Below are positions 27,201 to 45,609 of a stretch of DNA of 64,000 bases, one piece after another. The DNA comes from the human T2T-CHM13v2.0 reference genome, Homo sapiens. The stretch lies in the NCBI RefSeq assembly GCF_009914755.1, contig NC_060942.1; one strand, written 5' to 3'. Both the position numbers and the translations under genes were made by a program. The notes under the pieces were generated by a model, which did not search any database, was not told the DNA's origin, and saw only the letters and a program-made list of their open reading frames with translations. Each line of letters begins with the position of its first letter. Position 1 is the stretch's first letter.

Positions 27201-27771
27201 TATAGGACTATGTGAAAAGACCAAACCAATGTTTGATTGATTTAACTGAAAGTGACAGGGAGAATGGAACCAAGTTGGAAAACACTTTTCAGGATATTAT
27301 CCAGGAAAATTTCCTCCAACCTAGCAAGACAGGTCAACATTCAAATTCAGGAAATACAGAGAACATCACAAAGATACTCCTCGAGAAGAGGAACCCCAAG
27401 GCACATAATTGTCAGATTCACCAAGGTTGAAATGAGGGAAAAAATATTAAGGACAACGAGAGAGAAAGGTCAGGTTACCCACATAGAGAAGCCCATCACA
27501 CTAACAGTGGAGCTCTCTGCAGAAACACTATGAGCCAGAAGAGAGTGGGGGGCCAAATTTCAACATTCTTAAAAAAAAATTTCAACCCAGAATTTCATAT
27601 CCTGCCAAACTAAGCTGCATAAGCAAAGGAGAAATAAAATCCTTTACAGACAAGCAAATGCTGAGAGATTTTGTCACCACCATGCCTGCCTTATAAGAGC
27701 TTCTGAAGGAAGCACTAAGTATGGAAAGGAAAAACCGGTACCCGCCACTGTAAAAATATACCAAATTGTAA
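27201..27771 (+). pseudogene. L1 ORF1p C-terminal half, disrupted
   Basis: [20 protein letters not shown] and QIQEIQRT..TPRHIIVRFTKVEM are L1 ORF1p motifs, split across frames. Confidence 0.9.
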
Positions 27772-27834
27772 AGATCATCAACACTATGAAGAAACTGCAT
27801 CAACTAATGGGCAAAATAACCAGCTAGCATCATA

Positions 27835-31024
<3,190 letters not shown>

Positions 31025-31338
31025 CATAGATGATCCTTTTACCAAATAATTGGAGGGAAAACACTGAGCATTAATTTCAGTTATAAATCAACTAACTGAG
31101 GAGAAGTAGAGTATGAAGTAAGGTATCCAGGTGCACAGGTTTATATTTTCCAAACATATGTAATACCATCTGTGCTGAAACAAAACTTGTTTTGGCATCC
31201 ACCATTCGAGGGAACTCCAGACACTAATGCATCAGTTGGCAGTCAGCACTGATCACTGAATATTTTAAATGAATTTGTGCACTTATTTGAACTGGGACAG
31301 CACCTAGAGAATTGAAAATTTATATTTGAAAGATATCA

Positions 31339-31608
31339 GTGTGTGGCTTACACCTGTAAATCCAGCACTCTGGGAGGCCAAGACAGGTACATCATTTGAG
31401 GTCAGGAGTTCGAGACCAGCCTGGCCAATATGGTGAAACACCATCTCTAGTAAAAATAACAAAAAATTTAGCCGGGCCTGGTGGCAGGTGCCTGTAATCC
31501 CAGCTACTGATTGTTTGAACCCAGGAGGTAGAGGTTGCAGTGAGGCGAGATAACGCTACTGCACTGTAGCCTGGGGGACAGAGCAAGACTGAGTTTCAAA
31601 AAAAAAAA
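31339..31608 (+). mobile_element. AluS with internal deletion
   Basis: Alu dimer lacking about 20 bp after cccagctact; A tail. Confidence 0.9.
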
Positions 31609-32599
31609 ATTGTGTAATATAACAAAACCTTCTATAATAATAAGGGAAAGTTATATAAAGTAAGTGTGTATGAATAAGTTTTATATATACAAGTAGGGTC
31701 AGCTCTGCCTATCCTGTAAAACAGGTTAAGCATTGCCACTATAAAATCTATGAATCTTTGTTATCGAAACTTCTCTAGTCTGATGAAAATTCAATCACCT
31801 GAATTGATTACAATGACTGATTTTAATAGTCATTGCTGAAACTCTATCAGAGTACAGGCATGCCTCAGTTATATTGTGGGTTTGGTTTCAGACCACTGCA
31901 GAAAAGCAAATACTGCAAAGTGAGTTACACAATTTTTTTTTGTCTCGCCATGCATATAAAAGTTATGTTTATACTACATTTTAACTTATTAGGTGTGTAA
32001 CAGCACTATGTCTAAGAAATATAACTACCTTAATCAAAAATATTTTATTATTTAAAAATGTTAACTATCATCTGAGTCTTCAATGACTCATATCTTTTGA
32101 CTGGTGAAGAGTCTTGCCTTGATGTTGATGGCTGTTGATGGAATGAGGTGGTGGTTGTTGAATTTTAGGGTGAAGTAGCAATTTCTTAAAATAAGACAAC
32201 AATGGCTCATTGATTGACTCTTCCTTTCATGAAAGTTTCTCAGTAGCATGCCATGTTGCTTGTTAGCATTTTACCCAAAGTAGAACTTCTTTCAAGATTG
32301 GAGTAAATCCACTCAAACCCTACTTTATTAACCAAGTTTATGCACTATTCTAAATTCTTTGCTGTCATTTCAACAATGTTTACAGCATTTCAGCAGGTGT
32401 TGATTCCATCTAAAGAAACTACTTTCTTTGCCTATGCATAAGAAGCAACTTGTCATTGTTTCAAGTTTTATCATGAGATTGGAGCAATTCAATCACAATT
32501 GCACTTTCCACTTCTGATTCTACTTCTCTTGCTGTTTCTGCCACATTTGCAGTTTCTTCCTTCACTGAAGTCTTGAACCTCTTAAAGTCATCCAAGAGG

Positions 32600-34060
<1,461 letters not shown>

Positions 34061-35287
34061 GGCATTGTGACATTTTTAATTGGTTTAATTTTAATATCGT
34101 TTCTCAGAGAATAGGGAGGCTCTAGGGGAGGGAGAGCAATGGAGAAATAGTCAGTGGAGCAGTCAGAGCACACACAACATTTGTCATTTAAGTTTGCCGT
34201 CTTATATGAGTTCAGTTGGCAGCGTTCCCAAACAATTGCAATAGGAACATCAAAGATCACTGATCACAGATCACCACAATATATATAATGATAATAAGAA
34301 GATTTGAAGTATTACAAGAAATATCAAAATGTGACACAGAGACACAAAATGAGCACAAGCTGTTGGAAAAATGGAGCCAATAGACTTGCGACACAGCGTT
34401 GCACAGTGTTGTCAAAAAATGCAGTATCTGCTAAGTTGCAATAAGCAAAGTGCAATAAAATGAGATATTTCTGTATGTGGGTGAAGAGCTTGAAAATCAG
34501 CGTTTTAAACAAGTGTCCAGGTTCTATTTGTGATTAGGCAAGCTTGAAAATTCCTACAGATAGAGAAAGTCTTCTGTATAAAATTCAGTAAAATATTCCT
34601 CAACCATTAGAATATTAACAAGCATGAATTAATCCTTCCTAACGTAATAAAAATATGCAATAATAAATAAAGCTTCACTTACACTTGCAGACATTAAACT
34701 AATGCATTTTTTTCTAAAATCTACTCCAGAAACTTACATACATAAAAAATCAAATTTAATTTTTTTTGTGTTTATATAAATCCAGCTATAGTAACACCTA
34801 AAGCCTTATTGGAATGGCTTATGTGTGCAGCATGTCGGCATACAGAACCTGCAACTTCAGCTTTGAAATTCAACATAGCATTTTCTGGAATCAAGTAATA
34901 AGTGACTCTACCTGGTTATCAAGTCACACAATATTCTACAGAGTTTGGATGTAGGCACACCACTTGTTTGGAGCAGAATAAAGTTCATCCTGTGACCTGG
35001 GTGATTTTTTAGAAATGGTTTCTTAGGCGTGCTTGGAAAACATCATAAACCCCTAAGGAAGGAATTTTTACCAAAGTCTGTAAACCTCATGGTAATTATG
35101 ACTGAGTTTGGAAGGAAGTGCATACCATTAGCACAGGTAGTTTAATTTTAAGAAGGACAAATTGGAACAGTGTCAAACTACACATCATCTACTGCTTCCA
35201 GATTCATGTTCTGGACATATTATTTTATAGCAACAATTATGTTTTAAAAATGAAAAATAATTAGCCCAAAACTTAATAAAAGGAGGG

Positions 35288-35659
35288 TGATATAGTTTTG
35301 CTCTGTGTCCTCACCCAAATTTCGTCTTGAATTGTACTCCCATAATTCCCATGTGTTGTGGGAGGGACCCAGTGGGAGGTAATTGAATCATGGGGGTGGT
35401 TCCCCCCGAAAACTGTTCTCTTGGTATTGAATAAGTCTCATGAGATCTGATGGTTTTATTAGGGTTTCCACTTTTGCGTCTTCCTCACTCTCTGCCTGCT
35501 GCCATCCATGTAAGATGGGACTTGCTCCTCCTTGTCTTTTGCCATGATTGTGAGGCTTCCCCAGCCACGTGGAACTGTAAGTCCAATTAAACCTTTTTAT
35601 TTTATAAATTGTCAAGTCTCAGATATGTCTTTATCAGCAGCATGAAATGGACTAATACA
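35288..35659 (+). mobile_element. Solo THE1 (A/B) MaLR LTR
   Basis: TGATATAGTTTTGCTCTGTGTC...GGACTAATACA; perfect 5-bp TSD GAGGG. Confidence 0.93.
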
Positions 35660-38539
35660 GAGGGATTAATTAGTAGTATTATACAGATAAATATGTTAAA
35701 AATATACTTCGGTATTCCCATCTATGCAGTATTGATTACTTTGTTCCTAAGTGCATCTCATTATTCCAGGAGCTAGGAGATAATAGGTTCAATTATTCTT
35801 TCTTTAAAAATGATTCCAAAAAACTACTAAAATGGAAGAAATAAATTGAAGGATAGATAGATGTGTAGTTAATTGGGTGGAAGACAGATAGGAAAGTACA
35901 CAAGATTTAGAATTTGTTGATAAATATATTCTATCCTTCAAGCATCCGATTATTTTTTAGAAATATATGTTTAATTAAGTATCAATTTTTGAATGAAACA
36001 AAATATTTTAACAAAAGCTAATTAAGTCTGTAAATACGCATTATGGTTGGTTTAATAAAAAGAGAATGTTGGTTTTCATTTTTTTAGGTCTAGTTAATGG
36101 AGGTGCTGCTAACTGAGAAAAAGGACTTTGAGGAGGAAAACTGATGAGTTTAGATTTCAAAGGTATTTTCTATTTTTCTCTCTTTGACATTTATAAGGGA
36201 ACAAGACCCAGAAATGCATGAGCACTTTAAGTGTGATATATCAAATAATAGAGAATTAATCTCTTTTATTATATTTTGGCATCCTCTGTCCTCCTTTTCC
36301 TTCTCAACGCTTTATTTAGAGGGGAAAAAAAATAAAAGTTCATTCATTCTCATTGATGATAAAGTAAACCAGTTCGGAAAAGTTATTTTTCTCATATTCA
36401 TTGGAAATGAGATTTTATTTGAGGTTGACTGCATTTACATTTATTGTGCCTGTGGAGGATCTGATCTGAAAGATTAAGAAGTGCTTTATGCATCATGCAT
36501 TATGAATATGCACTAGAAACAACGTTGCCAGGAGAGAATTTAATTCACCTTGGTAGTGACATATGGCAATGAGACTCGTACAAGGTGACCCTGTATTATA
36601 TGAATCAGATATATATATATATCATTTTTAAATATATATATATGATTTCATATAATAGTATTTATATATATATAGTAACAATAAGATAACAAAAAAGATA
36701 AAATTCTCCCCTTAGGAAGAGAAAAAACATGTCACATGTTAATCTCTTTTCCCCAATTATAAATTTTTCTAAGGCAAAAAACATGTTACTTTTTGTGACT
36801 AATTTCTAATTGTTCGATAAATATTAATTAAATGTCAAGTAAACCAATGTTACTAAAAAGTATGTATGTTCCTTTTTGTGGGGGTTGAAAGAGATGTTCA
36901 TTTGCGTTATGGTAAGATGTTCTTTTATTTGATTTAGCAGAATGTTTTCTTGAGATTTCAGTGAGTATCACACAAGAGCAATAAAACCATGTATATAGAA
37001 AGCATTATGCCTAGGTGCAACTCAGCAACTATGGTACATGCGATATCCCTGAAGGATCGATTTTAAAGTCTTGTTATATTTAAACACCTGTGTAAAATGA
37101 TCTTGGTTTGCAGTTACAGAGGGCTCATTTACATTTTAATGTGGACAGTACCATTTTGGATGCCATTGGGCCCTGTTTAGAGAAGTTCAAGGACATTCCT
37201 CAGGAGTCTTTTGACATATTACAAGTGAGGTTTGTAGTGAATGTAGCAGCACATAAAATGAAGGCACTGTGGTTTACATCCTAAAATATAAATGTGAAGA
37301 AATCCGTGGATCTTATTACTTTATCATAATATCTAAATCTCTGTGTAAAAGGCAGCAGGGTATGAGCCTGAATACAGATTGGTGTGAAGTGCCATTAACC
37401 CGATAGGTAAAAAGACAAAGTCTGCGTTTTTCAAATAAATATTATTTTGCTTTTCCTAGTCAGGGACTCTTTATGATTTCCTTTTCGAATTAGCAAAGCA
37501 AACAAATAAGCAAACAAAAATAACCCTGTAAATACAGATATGCACTAGAATAATCTCTGTCTTTTACATGAACTATGGAAAACAAGTTTGGTGTGGTGAT
37601 GAATACTTTCAATTGCACACTTTATAAAATTTATTGGAATATAATATGCAATTCAAATATTCTCCTTTTGAAATCTTTCCGCTGGTATGCTTTACCTTTA
37701 TAAGTCAATACTTAGATATAGCGCAATAAATACAAATAAAGATGGTTTTACATTAAAAATTTTAGAAGGAATAAAGTATGCCTAGTAACTTATAAACTAT
37801 GTCTCCATGATAGCTGTAAATATAAGAAACAACATTATTCCTAGTAGTAGATATGATATATTTAGGTATTCTACTTAAACAAAATGTCCCTGAACTCTTT
37901 GCTTTAAGACCATTTATTTTACTCTACTGAGATAAGATTCTTGGATCAAAACATTTCCCTTTTGCATCAACATTACATAGGCTGGCAAAGTTCTGTTTGC
38001 TCACCACTGTATCGGAGAGTCACATGTTCTTATTTAAATAAACTGTTCTATCTTCATATATAAAGAGTATAACTAGGAAAAAATTATCCAGGAAGTTATA
38101 CATTGTATATCAATTCAATTTTAGAAATATTTCCCTAATTTTAAGTAATATTATTCCTTTACAAATAGATTTAAATCATTTTTATCTTTATAAAGTACTC
38201 TCCCATTATATTAATATTGTTTCAAAATTTTGCATTAAAATGATACATGAAGATTTGTGTTTTTTTCTATCAATCTGTGTCCTTTCTTTCCTTCATCTCT
38301 TTTTGCTCTCTCCTCATCCTTGTTAATGTGTAATAGACCTGTAAATCTATATTCTTATCTTAAAATAGCTGACAACATCCTATGCCTATTATTTATTTAT
38401 TTTTTACTTCATAACAATGATATATCAGATTGAAATTCCTTCATTCTATGGTTAAATGAGATTTAACAGGGGACAGGTTAAATATGACATTCCCATGACT
38501 CTCTCAGGAGTTGCAGCAGATTTTGTCCACACTCCATGT

Positions 38540-39052
38540 GCAGCAGGATTCTATGTAGGTTCATGTTTTATTTCCATTAACCTTAGTAAAATGTTGAAAA
38601 GCCTATTTAATATGACTTAGGAGGACCTCAAGCCTTTCCACCATTCACCACAGGCTGCTCACTCCCTGCACCTGAAAACACATGTACCGGTCATGAAAAC
38701 ACACTTGGCCCATGTGCAGGGCACACCAGAAGAAATGAGAGTTATTCTCATGCCCCAGGAAGAAGACTTCAACCAATAACAGAAGGAAGTTGGTGCATGG
38801 ACACTCCAGTTTCCCTTTGCTTTGGTAAGAATAAATGCGAGGCTAATTCCAACCTGCCTGACAAAGTTCCTCAGTAGGAACTCTCATGTCAGTAGTCCAT
38901 GTGGTTGAGAACACAGCTCTTATTGGCTTATCCACCCCGTCCTACCTCCAGCCCTGTTAACAGTTTCCCCTGGAATCATTATCTCGATTAAACCGGGCAC
39001 CCTGAAAACTTTGTGTGGAAGGACAGCTCTTAGAATAAAATAAACCAAGATA
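38540..39052 (+). mobile_element. LTR16-type ERVL LTR, old
   Basis: tcaaccaataacagaaggaagttggtg..cttattggctt..cctggaatca..aaaccaagata resembles the LTR16 consensus; left edge uncertain. Confidence 0.7.
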
Positions 39053-39699
39053 TAAAACTTCAAACATCTTCCATCAGGCCAGACTTTATTTTATCTCCTC
39101 TGTCTCTTCTTTGGCCTTCCTTATCTTCAGCCATAATAACCTCTCAGTTTATCTAGAACAATACACTTTCCCTTATTTTAGTGTTTGTGCATGCTACCAC
39201 ACCCCCAGAACACTTTGCCATGTTCTCTCCCATTTGCCATTAAATGGGACAATTTTCAATGATCTGCCATTTCTCAGCATAAAAATTATTTCCAATTAAT
39301 CAGGTAATAAAATGACAATGCATATTAGTATTTATTTGCAGAATACATGAAAGTAAAACACTTACAAATAAAAAATAGCTCAACCAATGATGAAGAAAAC
39401 ATGAAATAAACAGTGAGCAGTGAGGTTTAAGAAATTAATTTTTAAAATGTGGTATTTCTAGTATAAACCTAAGTGTTATATATTATAAACATAATTGGTT
39501 ATTATCTATTGAGAGTAGAACATGAAATGATATGGACTTGTAAATATATAAATTTGTCTTAAAATAACTGACAACATGCTGTGCCTACTTATGCATTTAA
39601 CTTATCTTTCTAAAAAAATTATAATGATATATTGAAATTCCTGTGTTCCTTATTAACATAATATTGGAGGAGAGTTTGATAATATTTATCATAATATAA

Positions 39700-40480
39700 A
39701 ATGTAGATACATTATAATTAGGCAATTTTAATCCTAGAAAATCTGCATATCTGTACTAACAGGCTTTTAAAAAGTAGTCAATAGCTGTTTTGTTTGCAAT
39801 AATAGAATGGTCAAAAATGTTAAATGCCCATAAATGAGAGTAGCTAAATAAACTATGATACTTTCTTAGTATTATATAATATTTTTAAAAATTCAGAGAA
39901 CCATGCTTACATACTGACTTGCAAGATCTCCAGATGTTTATGTGGTTGTATTAATCCATTTCCATGCTGCTAAGACAATCCAAGACTGGGTAATTTATGA
40001 AGAAAAAGATATTTAATATACTCAAAAAGTTCCACATGGCTGGGGAGGCCTCACAATCATGGCAGAAGGCAAAAGGCATGTCTTACATGGTGGTAAGTAA
40101 GAGAGAATGAGAGCCAAGCAAAAGGGGACATCCCTTATAAAACCATCCCATCTCATGAGACTTATTCACTACCATGAAAACAGTAGGGGAAAACCATCCC
40201 CATCATTCAATTATCTCCCACCAGCTCCCTCACATTACATGTGGGAAATATGGGAGCTACAATTCAAGATCAGATTTGGTTGACACACAGCCAAACCATA
40301 TCAGTAGTATACCATTTATGTTAAATCACATAGTATTTCCTTTTCTCATTGGAAAACATCTGTTCATGGAAAAATGACAGGATGAAGGCACACAGAAATG
40401 AAAAGAGTGGATTGAGACTGAGGGTAGTCAATAAAATGGAAATTTAGGTTCATCTATAACTCTGAGTCATTTATTAAGTG
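39700..40480 (+). mobile_element. L1ME 3' fragment split by THE1B
   Basis: ttaaatgcccat..gctaaataaactatgata..atactgacttgcaagatctcca | gtataccatttatgttaaa. Confidence 0.5.
39947..40303 (-). mobile_element. Solo THE1B MaLR LTR
   Basis: tgtattaatccatt...cagccaaaccatatca; TSD gtggt / gtagt. Confidence 0.92.
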
Positions 40481-40619
40481 AGAACATGCAAACAATTATT
40501 CTATAATTGGAATTTCATTATTTGGAGACCTAAAAATGAACTGAGTGTGCCCCATACCTCATTTGCCTATATTCATAATACCCCATAATTCCATCTACAT
40601 TTACTGTTCACATTTTTTA

Positions 40620-40770
40620 CATATTTATTTTATGTCTATTTTTTCCCAAGCTAGATTATAGAATTCATGGGGGTTAGCCTCCTATCAGCTTGTTCACGGC
40701 CTCAACCATATGTACTGTGTCTAATATAAAAAGACACTGATATGTGTTGTGTACAAATAAAGAAAAGTAT
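40620..40770 (+). mobile_element. L2 3' fragment
   Basis: ctagattatagaattcatgggg..ttgttcac..acactgatatgtgttg resembles the L2 tail. Confidence 0.5.
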
Positions 40771-41393
40771 AGCTTTGCCAGTTAGTAAGTGATTCAGACA
40801 ATAGCTCTGGACAGCGAAAGCAAAATCCTTGCTTCCACCTCTACTCCAGCATTTCCAATCACATAGTATTCTCTTTATGGTCAATTGCTTAGAAACTCAT
40901 TGTAAATTTCCATTATGCTTACAAGCATTTCAGTACATGTTTAGGTTTACTATATATGAGATAGATCTTAAGACAGTTTGTGTTTATATTATGTACATTA
41001 AAACATATTATTGGCATATGTCTGTATGTAAATTCATGCATATATGTGCTATATTTATTTAGAATAAAAATAATTATATATATATTTTAATAGTATGTTC
41101 TCATTATACCTTAGCTGCAAAAAATTCCTAATTTTAATCTCCTTAATTTTTAAAACCAGTTGCTAATTCTTTCCTCTCCTCTTTGTATGTAGTTTTAAAA
41201 TCTCCAGACAAGTGTGTATATATATATAAAATACACAAATCATATATATGTATTTTATATATATATATATGATTTTATGATAAGGATTTTAAATGCAGTT
41301 TGGGTGTAAATATACTAACTAAAAGTGTATAATAGAGTTAGAAAGAAATTTCTATACATATATATATATATATTTGTTCAAAAAGAAAATATA

Positions 41394-41690
41394 GGCCAGG
41401 CACAGTGGCTCACATCTGTAATCCCAGCAATTTGGAAGGCCGAGGTGGGCAGATAACCTGTGGTCAGGAGTTTGAGACCAGACTGGTCAACATGTGAAAC
41501 CCGTCTCTATTAAAAATACAAAAATTAGTTGGGCATGGTGGTGCATGCATGCAGTCCCAGCTACTGGGGAGCCTGAGGCCTGAGAATCACTTGAACCTGG
41601 GAGGTGGATGTTGCAGTGAGCCAATATCACACCACAGAACTTTAGGCTGGGCAACAGAGCAAGACTCTGTCTCAAACAAACAAACAAACA
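41394..41690 (+). mobile_element. AluSx-type with (CAAA)n tail
   Basis: Full dimer; TSD aaaagaaaatata / aaaacaaaatata. Confidence 0.93.
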
Positions 41691-43325
41691 AAACAAAATA
41701 TATGCCATGCCAATTATATACATTTTTAAAGACATAGTAACTGAAGTCAGCATCACGTGCTAATGTTTATTGAATGTCCAAATCTAGCTAATTATGATAC
41801 ATAAGGTAACATGTCCCTTATATTTTGTTAATATTTTCAATATCACAATATGTGATAATGAAACAGTTTCCCCATTAGGACATACAGTATAAAAATAAGT
41901 ATCTATTTTTAAAATTAAAATACAATGAAATAACTGATAATTTGTCAGAAAAAATCTAAATAAAGAAAATGCTTTGTTGATATATTTTCTCAATGGGAAA
42001 CATGAAATATTTTCAATGACACCAGCCTCAAAATCTGTATTGTGTATTGTAAATCCTAGTTGTTTAAAAAAACAAAATTTATTGAAACAAAGAGAAATAC
42101 ACTCTAAAATTAATGGTGGAAATAATTAATGTATTTGGGTATCAAACACAAGAGTAACTTCAGTGGAAATTCATATTCTTTGATTAAAAGTTATTTTCAA
42201 TACATTTATGCTGATTGTGGCCATTTAAAATAATTTTATAATAAATATACTATATTCGTTATATTTTGCAGTTTATTACTCAAGTCTTGCATATGCTTGC
42301 AGAACAAACAATCTTACAATTAACTCTTCCTGGCTACATTTGGAAACATTATGAATAATAACTCAAAATTGTCATAAAATCTATGTAATCTTGAATTATT
42401 GATAAGTTTTTATTTAGTAACTGCCAATTAAGAAAATTCACAATAAGATTTTCCGTTTAATTGCTAATTCTCATGTATGCATATGATTTAGTAATTTATG
42501 CAAACTATTTTGCTGTTGTTTGTGATAAAATTTTATCAGTCGCACTACAAACAATTGAGGTATGATGCTGGTTCTTTGTTTATTCTTTTCACATAGTTCA
42601 TGACATTTTATATCTGTCTCCTGTGATCATTACTATGCTAATCCATTATTTTAGCAAGACTTTGAGATAACTGGCACACTTTCTATAAAACATATTTCTA
42701 ATAAACAAACAACAATAACCCCCAAATTATCATGAATGGTATGCTATGCTGAAGCTGTTAAATTCATCGGCCAGCTTTGTGGAGATATTCTTTGTCCAGT
42801 TTTGTAAGTCTACAGACTTAAAATACAACACCAAATTATATGATTTACTTTTTAGAAATAAAAATGATATTTATCATAAAACACAGGAGAACAGTGTTCG
42901 ATACTATTTAAAATATGAGGATCAGACTATTTATGCCATTCTGTATTTTTGGATAAAGATTATTTTACAAAATAATCATTGAAAAGGAAATTGTACCTTT
43001 GTGTCTTGTTTTAAACAATATTCACAATTTGCCTTTTATAATTGGAAATAAATTTGTGGCTAGTAATTTGTGCAGAAAACAGCAAGTTGAGAATATCTTT
43101 GCTTCCATAAGTGAACTCTACTAAGAAGAATATTTATGCTAATTATATTTTTAAATAAATAGCATGGCAAATGTGAAAGTTGTAAGAAAATAATTTTAAC
43201 ATATTGAAGGAAAACATAAGCATAAGTTTAAAAAAGACTATATAGAAAATATGTGAGATGTTCTCTCTATATATGTATCAATTGCATCAATTTCTTATCT
43301 TAATTACTTTAATTGCCTCATGGTC

Positions 43326-45604
43326 TCTATTAGTCCGTTTTTACACTGCTGATGAAGACATACCAGAGACTGGGTAATTTATAAAGAAAAAGAGGTTTAA
43401 TGGACTCACAGTTCCATGTGGCTGGGCAGGCCTCACAATGATGGTGGAAGGTGAAAGTCACATCTTACATGGCAGTAGGCAAAGACAGAATGAGACCCAA
43501 GTGAAAGGGGTTTCCCCTTATAAAAACATCAGATTTTGTGAGACTTATTCACTACCATGACAACAGTATGGAGGAAACTACCCCCATGATTCAATTATGT
43601 CCCACCAGATCCTTCCCACAACACATGGACATTATGGGAGCTCAATTCAAGATGAGATTTTAGTGGCGACACAGCCAAATCACATCATTCTGTCTCTGGC
43701 CCCTCCCAGATTTCATGTCCTCACATTTTAAAGCCAATCATGTCTTCCCAACATTCTCCCTAAATCTTAACTCATTTCAGCATTAACCCAAAAGTCCACA
43801 GTCCAAAGTTTCATCTGAGACAAGGCAAGTCCCTTATTCCTATGAGCCTGTAAAATCAAAAGCAAGTTCGTTACTTCCTAGATACAATAGGCATACAGGT
43901 ATTGGATAAATACACCTGTTCCAAATGGGAGAAATTGCCAAAATGAAGGGGCTAAAGGCCCCATGCAAGTTCAAAATCCAGCAGGGCAGTCAAATCTTAA
44001 AGCTCCAAAATGATTTCCTTTGATTCCGTGTCTTCCATCCAGGTCATGCTGATGCAAGTCGTGGGTTCCCATGGTGTTGGTGAGCTCCGCCCCTGTGACT
44101 TTGCAGGGTAAAGCCTCTCTCCCAGCTACTTTCACAGGATGGCATTGAGTGTCTGTGGATTTTTCAGGTGCATGGTGCAAGCTGTTGGTGGATCTACCAT
44201 TCTGGAGTCTGGAGGACAGCAGCCCTCTTCTCACAGCTCCACTAGGCAGTGCCCCAATGGGGACTATGTGTGGGGGCTTCAACCCCACATTTCCCTTCTG
44301 CACTGCCCTAGCAGAGATTCTCCATGAGGCCCCGCCCCTGCAGCAAACTTGTGCCTGGACATCCAGGCATTTCCATACTAGTGGAGGTTTCCCAACCTCG
44401 ATTCTTGATTTCTGTTAACCCACAGGCTCAACATCACATGGAAGTTGCCAAAGCTTGGGGCCTTCATCCTCTGAAACCATAGCCCAAGCTGTACCTTGGC
44501 TTCTTTTAGCCGTGGCTAGAGAGGCTGGAATGCAGGACCCCAAGTCTCTAGGTGCACAGAGGAGGGGGATACTGTGCCTGGTCCATGAAACAATATTTTC
44601 CTCCTAGGCCTCCGGACCTGGATGTGAGGGGCTTCCATGAAGACCTCTCACATGCCTTGGAGACATTTTCTCCATTGTCTTGGTGATTAACATTTGGCTC
44701 CTTGAAACTTATGCAAATTTCTGCAGCTGGCTTGACTTTCTCCTCAGAAAATGGGTTTTTCTTTTCTATCACATCATCAGGCTGCAAATTTTTCAAACCG
44801 TTATGCTTTGTTTCCTTTTAAAACTGAATGTTTTTAATAGCATTCAGGCCACCTCTTGAATGCTTTGCTGCTTAGAAATTCTTTTCACCAGATACCCTAA
44901 ATCATCTCCCTCAAGCTCAAAGTTTCACAAATCTATAGGGCAGGGGCAAAATGCCTCCAGTCTCCTTTCTAAAACATAGCAAGAGTTATCTTTACTCCAG
45001 TTCCCAGCAAGTTCCTTATCTCCATCTGAGACCACCTGAGCCTGAATTTTATTGTCCATATAATTATCAGAATTTTGGTCAACACCATTCAACAAGTCTC
45101 TAGGAAGGTCCAAACTTTCCCACATTTTACTGTCTTCTTCTGAGTCCTTCAAACTGTCCCAGCCTCTGCCTTGTTGCCCAGTTCCAAAGTTGTTTCCACA
45201 ATTTTGGGTACAGTAGCACTCCACTCTACTGGTACCAACTTACTGTATTCATCCATTTTCATGATGCTGATAAAGACATACCCGAGACTGGGTAATTTAT
45301 AAAGAAAAAGAGGTTTAATGGACTCACAGTTCCACATGGATGGGGACACCTCACAATCATGGTGGAAAGCAAAAGCCATGTCTTACATGATGGCAGGCAA
45401 AAGGAGAATGGGAATCAAGCAAAAGAGGTTTCCCCTTATAAAAACATCAGATCTTGTGAGACTTATTCACTACCATGAGAACAGTGTTGGAGAAACCACC
45501 CCTATGATTCAATGATCTCCTACTGGATTCCTCCCACAACATGTGAATTATGGGAGATGCAATTCAAGATGAGATTTGGGTGGGGACACAGCCAAACCAT
45601 ATCA
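43326..45604 (-). mobile_element. Complete THE1B MaLR provirus: LTR 43326-43687, internal 43688-45243, LTR 45244-45604
   Basis: Two direct LTRs flank about 1.55 kb of THE1-int; TSD tggtc / tggtg; both LTRs share ataaaaacatcagat. Confidence 0.94.
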
Positions 45605-45609
45605 TGGTG

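Noticed and set aside
43971-45379. ORFs in the THE1 internal region as a functional gene
   Set aside because: They are fragmented remnants of the MaLR internal sequence with no continuous frame.
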